Source of the DNA: Alphaproteobacteria bacterium
Lineage (GTDB): Bacteria > Pseudomonadota > Alphaproteobacteria > Bin95
NCBI GenBank assembly: GCA_964291285.2
Contig: OZ219786.1
Location: 768,001-832,000, forward strand
Length of the DNA: 64,000 nt
Reading direction: 5' to 3'
Shown: piece after piece, positions 40,736 to 50,075 of the stretch
Position numbering within the stretch: position 1 is the stretch's first letter
How the letters are laid out: each line of letters starts with the position of its first letter
Program-made: the position numbers and the translations under genes
The notes under the pieces: generated by a model
The model's input: only the letters and a program-made list of their open reading frames with translations
The model's database searches: none
What the model was told of the DNA's origin: nothing

Positions 40736-41170
40736 TCACTCCCTTCGCGCCGGGCGCAGGCCCGGATAGACCGCCCGGGCGCAGAACCGCCCGCAGTGAT
40801 CGCAGCGGAACACTCCGGCGGGACGGTCGGGTCCGAAGGGCCTCCTTCCCGAGCGCCCCGCCGGCATGCCCGCCACAACAGGACGGCGCGGTGAACGGGT
40901 CAAAGGGTGATGCGTCACTTTCTGCGCACGGCGCCCCTCCTCAGGCGCACGGACGCGACGGCGCTCGCGGTAGCGCCGCTGGCGTTCGGCATGCTTGTGA
41001 CGGCCCCGCCGGCTGTTCTGGTAGCGACGCCCGGCAAGGCGCAGCGAGCGCCGCCGCGCCCGGCCGCTGCACGGACGCGAGCAGTAGATGTTGCCGTGGT
41101 CGCACCGCCGGCACAGCACAACCTGGCGATGGCACGAAGCGCAGGTGAACAGGCGGGCGGCGTTCCTCAT
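40736..41170 (-). CDS. Small basic Cys-rich (zinc-binding) protein inside IS21
   Basis: CASC..CRRC..YCSRPC, an Arg-rich helix HAERQRRYRER and C-terminal CDHC..C; stop lies 1 nt before the istA ATG. Confidence 0.7.
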   Translation of the reverse strand: MRNAARLFTCASCHRQVVLCRRCDHGNIYCSRPCSGRARRRSLRLAGRRYQNSRRGRHKHAERQRRYRERRRVRAPEEGRRAQKVTHHPLTRSPRRPVVAGMPAGRSGRRPFGPDRPAGVFRCDHCGRFCARAVYPGLRPARRE

Positions 41171-41552
41171 CGCAAAGACCGATGAGAACGGGGTGGACCC
41201 ACGCCCGAACGCCTACGATACTGCGCATACGGGCCGTGCCTTGCATGGCTCGGGGGGTGCGGCGCCGGTCGTTGCCACCTAGCAAACGGGGCCGGCGCCG
41301 CATCGTTCTCAGCAGCCCCAGTCTACCCCCTCGCGCAGCCCGGCGACCCCCGCCGACAGCGCCAGGACACCCTCCCCTCGGCAGGCGAAAATATCAACGC
41401 GACGGGGGCCGGCGACTCCAGTCGGGCTACGCCCTCCTTCCGTCCCAGGCCCCCGTCACAAACACCGCCGCACCACAATCACTGCGATCATCACGCCCCG
41501 CAAAAACGCGCAACGCCAGCAAATAAGCGCCTTTTACGACCGTCACCTACAA

Positions 41553-41888
41553 CGGGCCGAAGACGCCGCCCGGCTGGCGATGGAAGACGCCGAGACCCTG
41601 ACCTGCCGGCGGGGCGCCGTCTCGATCCACAATTGCCGCACGCTCCACTATTCCCGCCCGAGCCGGACCGACGCCGGTCGTCCGCTGCTGCTCAACGCCT
41701 TCGCGGCCGCCGACGCCCGGCCCTACACGCCGCATCCCGACCCCTCCTGCCACACGGGCGAGGTGGTCCGGGGCATGCCGGCCCGCATCGCCCGGCACGA
41801 CCCCCGTCCCTGCCCGATCCCGCCGGACTGGTCGGGCGGCTACAGCTCGATCTTCGCCGCGCAATCCGGCGAAGAAGCGGCGATGTAG
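41553..41888 (+). pseudogene. PhyH-family dioxygenase, 3' part
   Basis: RAEDAARLAMED..GAVSIHNCRTLHYS..RPLLL continues the 5' part. Confidence 0.88.
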
Positions 41889-41966
41889 GGCGCTCGGTCG
41901 ATAGAATCCAATGCGCGTCAAGGGCCCGACAGGCCGCGCTTCGCCACCAAACCCCATTTCTCTGAA

Positions 41967-43234
41967 TCAGGAAGTGGATATACCGCGCTCGAAATTGTCG
42001 ATCTGGTGCAGTACGACCCTGCTGGACACATCGAATTCTCTGCTGAGTTCTTCGACGGCTTCATCGCCTGCATCCGACATGCTCCAGTGGTTATACAGCA
42101 CCTCGGCCGGCGCAAGGAATTCCGCCGCAAAGCTCTGGAACGGGCTTGGCGGTCATTGTGAAGCGACCCCAAAATTCCAAACCGCGGCTCCCGGCGGCTC
42201 ACAAAGTCGCCGAGCGCGCGTGCGATAAGAAACCGCGTGCTGCTGCTATAGCTTCGGGGTGCGGTTACGCAAGCCGGAGTCGCCGATGCCACAAGCCCCT
42301 CAATGCGTCGGCTTGGAGATGCGCGTTCGCAATGGAAAATCGCAAGCGGCCCTTCGGTGTCGAAGCGGAACGGGTCTCGACCTAAGTCGAGCAGGCTGCG
42401 CACCGACTGCGCCAGTTCATACCCATGCCTCCAAGGCTCCTGCGGACGAGCGGCCGGCATACAATCGCGGACTTCGTTCCAGCGATTTTCGTTGCCGACC
42501 GATGCCAGGTCTTCGACAGCGGTTCCAAGCCAATCCCCTAATTGCGCAAGCGAACAAGCGTCCGCAGCCGCCAGAGCCTCTTCGCGGATGGAAGGGTCGG
42601 TGCGGCCCCAGAACGCGGTGATCGCTTCGGCAACGCTATCCTCGGCATTGAAAGGGTCGATCCCGCACATGGCCGCAGCGCGGCTGAATTCCCGCTCTTC
42701 CGGATCGAGGTCGGCGATTGCAGTCCAGGATTCGGACAGGCCACGCACATCGAAATCGTTGTCCAATGTCTCGACCCGCCTGATGACAAATTTAATAAGT
42801 CTCGTGAATTCTCTTTTTAATTCTTCAGCCTCGATATATGTATCAACCTCTTCGACGAAGGCAATGGACGCATGAGTGGGTTCCCAACGTTTGGCATTTA
42901 CATGAATTCGCCCTGATGAAGGAGCGAAATTCAGTTTGGGAAACAGAAAACCATTCCCGGCATATGCAAGATTATGGCGCTGGTCGAAACCAGGCCTTTG
43001 CTTCTGCGTATCCGCAGGCTCGTGGAAGAGATACCACCAATTATCCACAACCCAGTCGGCCAGAAGGAAAAGCGGTACAACAATCTGCTTTCTGTAGCGG
43101 CCGTTCCTGCGGTCCCGCACGGCAGTTACAGTCTTGCCTCCGACCTCAATCGACACTCTGGCCATTGTTCGGCGTATAACGGCGTCCGGCGAAGGACCGG
43201 GATCGACCCAACTGTAATTCAGACGAAAGCTCAA
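41967..43234 (-). pseudogene. Hypothetical protein with a C-terminal ImmA/IrrE-like domain; 1-nt frameshift at about 42130
   Basis: TRFLIARALGD then QARSRA/FAAEFLAP..EELSREFDVSSRVVLHQIDN in the adjacent frame; TTT instead of TTTT; lower GC than flanks. Confidence 0.65.
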
Positions 43235-43638
43235 GGCAGGCCCCTCACTACCTCTTCGGGTTGAAGAGGATATCCGTGATAGTCGCCAGAGCCCGGCGAC
43301 CCTTGTCGAGCTTCGTAAACCGTCGCACCGTCACGGTACCAGACATATTTTGGATAGCCGCCTTCCCAAACACCGGTAGAACCGTTCCGAATACCTTCGC
43401 GAAGCCAAGCCTGAACCAATTGCTGTCGGTTTGCCAAGTGTGCGGGGCATATGCTGGCGTCCGGCCGCGGTTGCGGGACAGGTCCGGCAAAATTCGGACG
43501 GTCCTTGTGATAAGGACTTCCTACATAGCGGCAGGCCTCGGCTACCTGCTGCGGGTCGAATTCGGGAGGCGGGGCGTGAACTTTGCGATGTTTCGCATTG
43601 GACCTCCGATGGCGTGGTTTCTTATGGGGAACAGCCAG
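43231..43638 (-). CDS. Small hypothetical protein, possible nuclease toxin (about 135 aa; CTG start inferred)
   Basis: Frame is open well upstream of the track call: CRYVGSPYHKD..PRPDASICP..GGYPKYVW..YEAR..YHGYP; TTGA overlap with the downstream gene. Confidence 0.6.
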   Translation of the reverse strand: MAVPHKKPRHRRSNAKHRKVHAPPPEFDPQQVAEACRYVGSPYHKDRPNFAGPVPQPRPDASICPAHLANRQQLVQAWLREGIRNGSTGVWEGGYPKYVWYRDGATVYEARQGSPGSGDYHGYPLQPEEVVRGLP

Positions 43639-43686
43639 CTTCGGTGGATCGCCGAAGTGGCGTCCGGTCGAGCGTCTTCAATGATA

Positions 43687-43715
43687 ATACTACGGTGATC
43701 GCCAATTGACGGCAA
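43687..43715 (-). promoter_or_regulatory. Sigma70-type promoter for the low-GC cassette
   Basis: TTGCCG-N17-TAGTAT on the minus strand. Confidence 0.45.
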
Positions 43716-43842
43716 ATTCGGTCGTCGGCCGAAATGACGCAAGCGGGGGGACCTGGACGGCCGGGCGAAAAGAGGGCTGCCGGCTCAGGGCCGGGGTCGC
43801 GGCTGCGCCCCGGCCCGGAACGCGATACGGCCGGCCTTCAGC

Positions 43843-44631
43843 CTAACGGTTGTTGTAGTTCCCTGCCCGTTTGTCGCGCCAGGCGGCGATCGCCTCCTTG
43901 TGGTCCTCGCTGGAGCGCGCCAGCACCATGTGGGACGACACCATGTCCAGCGCGCTGCGCAGGTCCATGTCGAGCCCGGCATACATGGCGCGCTTGATGA
44001 GGCGGATCGAGATCGGCGAGGAGTTCACCAGCTTCTCGACATAGGCGCGGGTGCCGGCCTGGAGCTCGTCGTCCGGGAACACCTTGTTGACCAGGCCGAT
44101 CTCCAGCGCTTCCTGCGCGGACAGGAAATCCGCGCTCCAGAGCAGCTCCAGCGCCTTCGGCACGCCGACGATGCGCGGCAGGAACCACGCCCCGCCATTG
44201 CCCGGCACGAGGCCGACGCGCACATAGGTCTCCGCGAAGCGCGCGCTCTCGGCGGCGAAACGCAGGTCCGCGTGCAGGCTCATGTCCATGCCCGCGCCGA
44301 CCGCCACGCCGTTGACGGCCGCAATCACGGGCTTGTCGATTTCCCGGATCTTGAGCGAGAGCTTCTGGATCAGGTCCCAGAGGCCCGACTTGATCTCCAG
44401 CGGCGTCGGCGGCTTGTCGCTGCCCATCTGCCGGGTGTCCCCGCCGGCGCAGAAGCCGCGCCCGGCGGCGGTGACGATCACCGCCCAGACATCCTCGCGC
44501 GTCCGGCATTCCTCCAGCCGGTCCAGGTATCCCGTCAGCATCTCATGCGTGAAGGCGTTCAGCCTGTCCGGGTTGTTGAAGGTGATGGTCGCGATTCTGT
44601 CGCTGACATCGAAAAGCAGTTTGTCGGTCAC
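43843..44631 (-). CDS. Enoyl-CoA hydratase/isomerase family protein
   Basis: [32 protein letters not shown] and GLVPGNGG. Confidence 0.92.
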   Translation of the reverse strand: MTDKLLFDVSDRIATITFNNPDRLNAFTHEMLTGYLDRLEECRTREDVWAVIVTAAGRGFCAGGDTRQMGSDKPPTPLEIKSGLWDLIQKLSLKIREIDKPVIAAVNGVAVGAGMDMSLHADLRFAAESARFAETYVRVGLVPGNGGAWFLPRIVGVPKALELLWSADFLSAQEALEIGLVNKVFPDDELQAGTRAYVEKLVNSSPISIRLIKRAMYAGLDMDLRSALDMVSSHMVLARSSEDHKEAIAAWRDKRAGNYNNR

Positions 44632-44764
44632 GCCGTTCCTCCGGTTGTGCAAGCGGCGGCGGCAGCCTAGCCCGGATGTCTCGCCGGTGTCATGCCTGCG
44701 GGCTGGCGAAGAAAAGGGCGGAACTCCATACTGGAGCCATTCTCCGCCGAGAGGAGGAGCCTCC

Positions 44765-46492
44765 ATGTCGACTCTCACCGAAAGCCCGGCTGCCCGCCCC
44801 GCGGCGCCGGGCGCGCCGAAGAACGGCCTGTCCCATGTCGCGGGCGAGCCGGCGCCGCCGCTCGGAAACGAGACCATTCCGCAGGCGCTCGGCGAGGCGG
44901 TTTCCCGCCACGGCCGACGGCGGGCGGTGGTGCTGCCGCAGGAGGGCCGGACGCTGACCTATGAGGAGTTCGACCGGCAGGTGGACGCGCTCGCCGCCGG
45001 GCTGCTCGCGCTCGGCCTCGGCAAGGGCGACCGTGTCGGCATCTGGTCTCCCAACCGGCTCGAATGGATACTGACCCAGTTCGCCACCGCCCGCTTCGGC
45101 GCGATCCTCGTCAACATCAACCCCGCCTACCGGCCGTTCGAACTCGAATATGCGCTGAATGCGGTCGGGTGCAGGGCGCTCATCGCGGCCGAAGCCTTCA
45201 AGTCGTCGCGCTATATCGACATGCTGCGCGAGCTTGCGCCCGAACTGGAAAGCTGCGAGCCGGGCGGGCTCCGGTCGTCGAGACTGCCGCATCTCGAAAT
45301 CGCGGTCGCGATGAGCGATGACCCGGGCCCCGGGATATTCCGTTTCGAGGACGTGGTCCGGCTCGGAGGACCGGCGGAGATGTCGCGGCTGGACGCCATG
45401 ACGGCGTCTCTCAGCCCGGACGACCCGATCAATATCCAGTTCACTTCCGGCACCACCGGCTCGCCCAAGGGCGCCACGCTCACCCACCGCAACATCGTCA
45501 ACAATGCGCGCTTCGTCACCGGCCGCATCCGGCTGACCGAGCAGGACGCGCTGTGCATTCCGGTGCCGCTCTACCATTGTTTCGGCATGGTGATGGGCGT
45601 GCTGGGCTGCGTCACGCAGGGTGCGGCGATGGTATTCCCCGGCGAAGGCTTCGATGCGGCGGAAACGCTGTATGCGGTTTCCGAGGCGCGCTGCTCGGCG
45701 CTCTACGGCGTGCCGACCATGTTCGTCGCCATGCTGGAGGAAGCCGGACGGGGCAATTACGACCTGTCCTCGCTCCGGACGGGCGTCATGGCGGGCGCGA
45801 GCTGCCCCATCGAGGTAATGCAGCGGGTGATCGACGAGATGAACATGGAGGAGGTCACCATATGCTACGGCATGACCGAGACCTCGCCCGTCTCGTTCCA
45901 GAGCTTCGTGGACGACCCGGTCGACAAGCGCGTGACGACGGTGGGGCGCGTCCATCCGCATCTGGAGGTCAAGATCGTCGATGCCGAGGGCCGGATCGTT
46001 CCGGTCGGCGAGTCCGGGGAACTATGCACCCGCGGCTATTCGGTAATGCGCGGCTACTGGGGCGACGAGGAGAAGACGCGCGAGAGCATCGTCGATGGCT
46101 GGATGCACTCCGGCGACCTCGCGACGCTGGACGAGGAGGGCTTCTGCTGCATCGTCGGGCGGGTGAAGGACATGATCATCCGCGGCGGCGAGAACGTCTA
46201 TCCGCGCGAGGTCGAGGACTACCTGTTCCGCCATCCCGGCATCCGGGAGGTGCAGGTGTTCGGCATCCCGGACCGGCGGTTCGGCGAGCAGGTCTGCGCC
46301 TGGGTCGTGCCGCATGAGGGCGCGGCGCTCGCGCCCGAGGACGTGGCCGCGTTCTGCCGGGGCCGGATAGCCCACTTCAAGGTGCCGAAGCATGTGCGCA
46401 TCGTCGGGGAACTGCCGATGACCGTCACCGGCAAGCCGCAGAAATTCGTCATGCGCGACTGGATGGTCGAGAACGGCTACGCCGACGCCTGA
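44765..46492 (+). CDS. AMP-binding acyl-CoA synthetase
   Basis: GAGGAGGAG RBS; [31 protein letters not shown] and TGKPQK. Confidence 0.93.
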   Translation: MSTLTESPAARPAAPGAPKNGLSHVAGEPAPPLGNETIPQALGEAVSRHGRRRAVVLPQEGRTLTYEEFDRQVDALAAGLLALGLGKGDRVGIWSPNRLEWILTQFATARFGAILVNINPAYRPFELEYALNAVGCRALIAAEAFKSSRYIDMLRELAPELESCEPGGLRSSRLPHLEIAVAMSDDPGPGIFRFEDVVRLGGPAEMSRLDAMTASLSPDDPINIQFTSGTTGSPKGATLTHRNIVNNARFVTGRIRLTEQDALCIPVPLYHCFGMVMGVLGCVTQGAAMVFPGEGFDAAETLYAVSEARCSALYGVPTMFVAMLEEAGRGNYDLSSLRTGVMAGASCPIEVMQRVIDEMNMEEVTICYGMTETSPVSFQSFVDDPVDKRVTTVGRVHPHLEVKIVDAEGRIVPVGESGELCTRGYSVMRGYWGDEEKTRESIVDGWMHSGDLATLDEEGFCCIVGRVKDMIIRGGENVYPREVEDYLFRHPGIREVQVFGIPDRRFGEQVCAWVVPHEGAALAPEDVAAFCRGRIAHFKVPKHVRIVGELPMTVTGKPQKFVMRDWMVENGYADA

Positions 46493-46578
46493 CCCGTCCT
46501 GCCGCCGCCCCGGACGGCAGGCAGACTTGTCGGTTCGTACCCGTTGGCACCGATACGGGTCCCGTATTGCGCTCGTCG

Positions 46579-47052
46579 TTATGAGCCTGTCGAAGGGGCC
46601 GGCTGCCCGGAACGGGGGGAGGCAAGGGTCTGCGCCTTCCACCGCTTCCGCCTGCGGCGGACGGCGAGGCGGCGGCTGCGCTCCATGCGGTGGCGCTTGA
46701 GGAACCTGCGCAGGGTCGAGTCGGTGAGCCGCACGCCCTCGGCGGCCAGCGCCTCGCTCAGCGCCCGGCTGGACATCTCCGGGCGCGCTTCCAGGAGGCG
46801 GACGATCCGGTCGCGCTCCGCCTCCACCCGCGAAGTGCTGCCGCCCCGCGCGTCCGCCCGCACATGCCCGCGCTCCCGGAAACGCCCCACCCAGCGTCTG
46901 ACGCTCCGTTCGGCCAGCCCGAAGCGCGCCGCCGCCGCCCGGGCGCTCATGCCCTCTTCCAGCACCGCCGCCACCGCCCGGCTTCGCAACGCCATGCCGA
47001 CCGCCCGGCCCTGCCCGGACTTCTCCGGCGCGTCTTCCTTGCCTTCCGCCAC
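46579..47052 (-). CDS. Stand-alone IS630-type N-terminal HTH protein (no DDE domain)
   Basis: LRSRAVAAVLEEGMSARAAAARFGL..SVRRWV..STLRRFLKRH; AGGAG RBS; no catalytic ORF follows. Confidence 0.65.
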   Translation of the reverse strand: MAEGKEDAPEKSGQGRAVGMALRSRAVAAVLEEGMSARAAAARFGLAERSVRRWVGRFRERGHVRADARGGSTSRVEAERDRIVRLLEARPEMSSRALSEALAAEGVRLTDSTLRRFLKRHRMERSRRLAVRRRRKRWKAQTLASPRSGQPAPSTGS

Positions 47053-47281
47053 ACCTTGCTCCTTTCCATTCCCGCCGCTTCAACCCGACCGGCCAATCGA
47101 CACCCTCAACCGGCCTGAAAACGCATCGCCGCCATCTCCGCGCGCGCATCTCGCCTGTTTGCCGCCCGGCCCGCGGCCGCCGGCAGTTCCCCTTGAAAAT
47201 CGCGCCGGAACGGACGCCGCAATGCGCCCGATCCGATAGCCCGTCAGGTCATTCCCCCGCTCTCTCCAGCGCATTGGAATG

Positions 47282-47296
47282 GAACTTATATAGAAC
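47282..47296. promoter_or_regulatory. Alphaproteobacterial LexA (SOS) box
   Basis: GAAC-TTATATA-GAAC, an exact GAAC-N7-GAAC match, overlapping the -10 region downstream of a minus-strand TTGAAA. Confidence 0.7.
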
Positions 47297-47467
47297 AAAA
47301 AGGGATAATTTCAAGCCTGAAAACGCTGCCGCATGCGCATATCCCGTCCCGGCTTGTATCCGGCGCGCCCGCCGGCCCGGCCCGTGCGTTGCGAAGCCGC
47401 CGATGACAGACGGGTGAATCCGGCAGCGCTCGCGGGAGGGGCGACGACCGGCGCGCCGGCCGCCAGA

Positions 47468-48118
47468 TCAGCCGAGCTTGGCCAGCAGTTCTGCCGGGAT
47501 GTGCGGAACCGGGTCGGAGTTCTGCCAGCAGGGCAGCGCCTCCACCCGGGCGATCCAGCCCCTTATGTTCGGATAGTCGTCGAGCGGCAGCTTCTGCACG
47601 GCATGCAGGTGCATCGGCGCTGCGACCGCGATGTCGGCGATGGTCGGATTGCCGGCGCACAGCCATTCGCGCCCCTCGAGCGCCGCCTCCAGGATCGAGG
47701 CGAGACCCCGGAACGCCGGCTCGTGCGCGTCCAGCACCGCCCGGTCCGGCGTGCCGTCCAGAATGGGATTGACGACATTCTGGACCAGATAGACGTAGCA
47801 GGCGTCGAACCACTTGCTGCATTCCCAGAGCAGCCAGCGCGAGATGTCGGCGCGAATCTTCGCGTCGGCCGGATAGGCCGCCCTGTTGCCGGTCTTCTCC
47901 GCCCCGTAGACGAGGATGGCGTTCGACTCCCAGAGCACGAGGTCGCCGTCCACCAGCGCGGGCAGTTCGGCGTTCGGATTGACCTTGCGGAATTCCGGCT
48001 GCTTGTGGTCGCCGCCGAAATAGCTGAGCAACTCGTCCTCGTAGCCGGCGCCGATGAGGTCGAGGCCGGCGACGACCTTGCGGCAATTCACGGTGATCGG
48101 GTCGTAGTAGAGCTTCAT
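47468..48118 (-). CDS. Glutathione S-transferase family protein
   Basis: MKLYY, VNPNAELPAL, LWESNAI and PTIADI. Confidence 0.9.
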   Translation of the reverse strand: MKLYYDPITVNCRKVVAGLDLIGAGYEDELLSYFGGDHKQPEFRKVNPNAELPALVDGDLVLWESNAILVYGAEKTGNRAAYPADAKIRADISRWLLWECSKWFDACYVYLVQNVVNPILDGTPDRAVLDAHEPAFRGLASILEAALEGREWLCAGNPTIADIAVAAPMHLHAVQKLPLDDYPNIRGWIARVEALPCWQNSDPVPHIPAELLAKLG

Positions 48119-48176
48119 TGGAACGGTCTCCGCGCTGGCTTGGATTGCCCTGTTTACCCCGTCCCGACCCCTCCGC

Positions 48177-49184
48177 CTAAAGGAATTTCGGCAGCACCTT
48201 CTCGGTGAAACCGAGGAAAGAGGAATGGCTGAGCGGCGCGCACATCAGGTAGTGCAGGTCGATCTCTTCCTCGAGGCGGCGAAGCTGGTCGGCGACGCGG
48301 GCGGGCGAGCCCCAGATCGCCACATTGTCGAGATAGCGCTCCACCGGATCCACGGCTTCGACGGTGCCGTCGGCCCGCACCTGCTCGGTCGGGTTGGCGG
48401 TGCCCTTGGACTCGTTCTTGTAGGTCGCGACGATCCAGGCGGCGCCGCGCCGGACGATCTCCGCCGCCTCTTCGTCGCTGTCGGCAACCGCCAGAAGCCG
48501 CGCCGTCGGGATGTCCTGGCCGGACGCGGGATGGCCGGCATCGTCGCGCGCCCGCCGCCAGGTCGCCCGGATGCCGTTCAGGCCGTCAAAGGTCGCATGG
48601 GGGCCGAGCAGCGGCGCCAGCCCCGCCCTGCCGGCCCAGGCGGCGGCGTCGGGGGAGCCGCAGGCCGCCCAGACCGGCGGATGCGGCTGCTGCGCCGGCT
48701 TCGGCAGCACTTCGACATCCTCGAAGGACCAGTATTCGCCGTCCCAGTCGAGCCGCTCGTTCCGCCATGCCGCCAGCACGATCTCGACCGCTTCCTGGAA
48801 GCGCGCCCGGCTTTCCCCGATGGGCACGCCGAAGGTACGGAACTCGTCCGGGTCGAAGCCCCGGCCCGCGCCCCAGCTCACGCGCCCGCCGGAGAGCTGG
48901 TCGAGCAGCGCCACTTCCTCGGCGAGCCGCAGTGGATGGTAGAAGGGCGCGAGCGAAACTGCGGTGCCGATGCGCAGCCGGCTGGTGCGCTCGGCCACCT
49001 GCACGCCGATCATGTGGACTGACGGGCAGACGCTGTAATCCGTGAAATGGTGCTCCGCCAGCCAGACGGCGTCGTAGCCGGTCTCGTCCATGATGCGGAT
49101 GCGGTCCATGGCGCGGCGGTACACCTCGGTCAGCGCCGCGCGCCGGCCGGGCCAGGAGAAGAACTGCAGGACGCCGAACTTCAC
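48177..49184 (-). CDS. LLM-class (luciferase-like) flavin-dependent oxidoreductase
   Basis: WLAEHHF, HPLRLAEE, LDQLSGGR and PKPAQQPHPP. Confidence 0.9.
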   Translation of the reverse strand: MKFGVLQFFSWPGRRAALTEVYRRAMDRIRIMDETGYDAVWLAEHHFTDYSVCPSVHMIGVQVAERTSRLRIGTAVSLAPFYHPLRLAEEVALLDQLSGGRVSWGAGRGFDPDEFRTFGVPIGESRARFQEAVEIVLAAWRNERLDWDGEYWSFEDVEVLPKPAQQPHPPVWAACGSPDAAAWAGRAGLAPLLGPHATFDGLNGIRATWRRARDDAGHPASGQDIPTARLLAVADSDEEAAEIVRRGAAWIVATYKNESKGTANPTEQVRADGTVEAVDPVERYLDNVAIWGSPARVADQLRRLEEEIDLHYLMCAPLSHSSFLGFTEKVLPKFL

Positions 49185-49963
49185 GAGCGCCGTTCCCAGG
49201 CCCGCGCGCCGGGCGCCGGCGGGTCGTTGGGCGGACCGGCGAAGCATTGCGCGATCGCCATCCAGGCCCGCGCCGGTTCGCCCGCGACCTCCAGATCGAC
49301 ATCGGCGATATTGCGGCCCTGCGTCACGACGCGGCAGAAATCGAGTGCGGTGCCTTCCACCCGGTCCGTCGCGCTCTCCGCGCCCCGCCGCCAGAGCGCG
49401 CCGGAGGGGAGCGTCAGCCGGACATGGGGCACGGGCGCCGGCGGCTCCAGACCGCGATTGCGGAAGGTCCAGCCGAAGGTCTGGCAGCCGAGAACGCAGA
49501 TATTCGCCAGCCGGTCGAAATGCTCGCGCGGCGCCTGCAGCAGGTCGTAGATGTCCTGCCCGTGCGCCCAGGTCTCCATCTGGCGGGCCGTGGCGAAGGA
49601 GCGCAGCCCCATATCGGGGCCGACCCAGGCGACGCGGCGGTCGGGGTCCTCCCCCTCCATCAGGTCGCAGAGGCGCGAGAGGCGGTCCCACCACTGGTCC
49701 AGCAGCGCCGGGCCTTCGCGCACTTCAGGGGCGTCGTCCGGAACCCCGCCCGCCCGGCGCGCCGCGAGGATGCGCGCGAAACGGTCCGGGTCCTCCAGCG
49801 AGACCGACGCCATCCAGTCGCCGGAGTGGAGATGCTGCATGACGGCGTTGACCGTCCAGCCCTTGAAAGGCGTCGGACGCGCCCAGTCCGCTTCGTCCAG
49901 CCCCGCCAGGAAGGCGCGGAGTGCGGTGCCCTCCTCGCGCAAGTCGATTGCCTGCTGCAACAT
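49181..49963 (-). CDS. TIGR03084-like DinB-superfamily metal-binding protein
   Basis: TPFKGWTV..HL, ARQMETWAHGQD, FCRVVTQGR and IAQCFAGPP. Confidence 0.8.
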   Translation of the reverse strand: MLQQAIDLREEGTALRAFLAGLDEADWARPTPFKGWTVNAVMQHLHSGDWMASVSLEDPDRFARILAARRAGGVPDDAPEVREGPALLDQWWDRLSRLCDLMEGEDPDRRVAWVGPDMGLRSFATARQMETWAHGQDIYDLLQAPREHFDRLANICVLGCQTFGWTFRNRGLEPPAPVPHVRLTLPSGALWRRGAESATDRVEGTALDFCRVVTQGRNIADVDLEVAGEPARAWMAIAQCFAGPPNDPPAPGARAWERRS

Positions 49964-50075
49964 CGCCGGTTCTCCCCCCGCCCCAATATGCCACGGTTGG
50001 CGCACCGGGCGCGAGGCGTGGGACGCAAGCGCGATTGCCGCTATGTTGCCCCATCGCGGAAACGGGAAAGCAGCC

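Larger units (their letters stand above)
37503..41551 (-). mobile_element. IS21-family element with two passenger genes
   Basis: TGT..ACA ends with imperfect IRs (TGTTAGCGACGGT / TGTAGGTGACGGT); CGGGC duplicated at 37498-37502 and 41553-41557; removing the element restores the PhyH frame. Confidence 0.9.
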
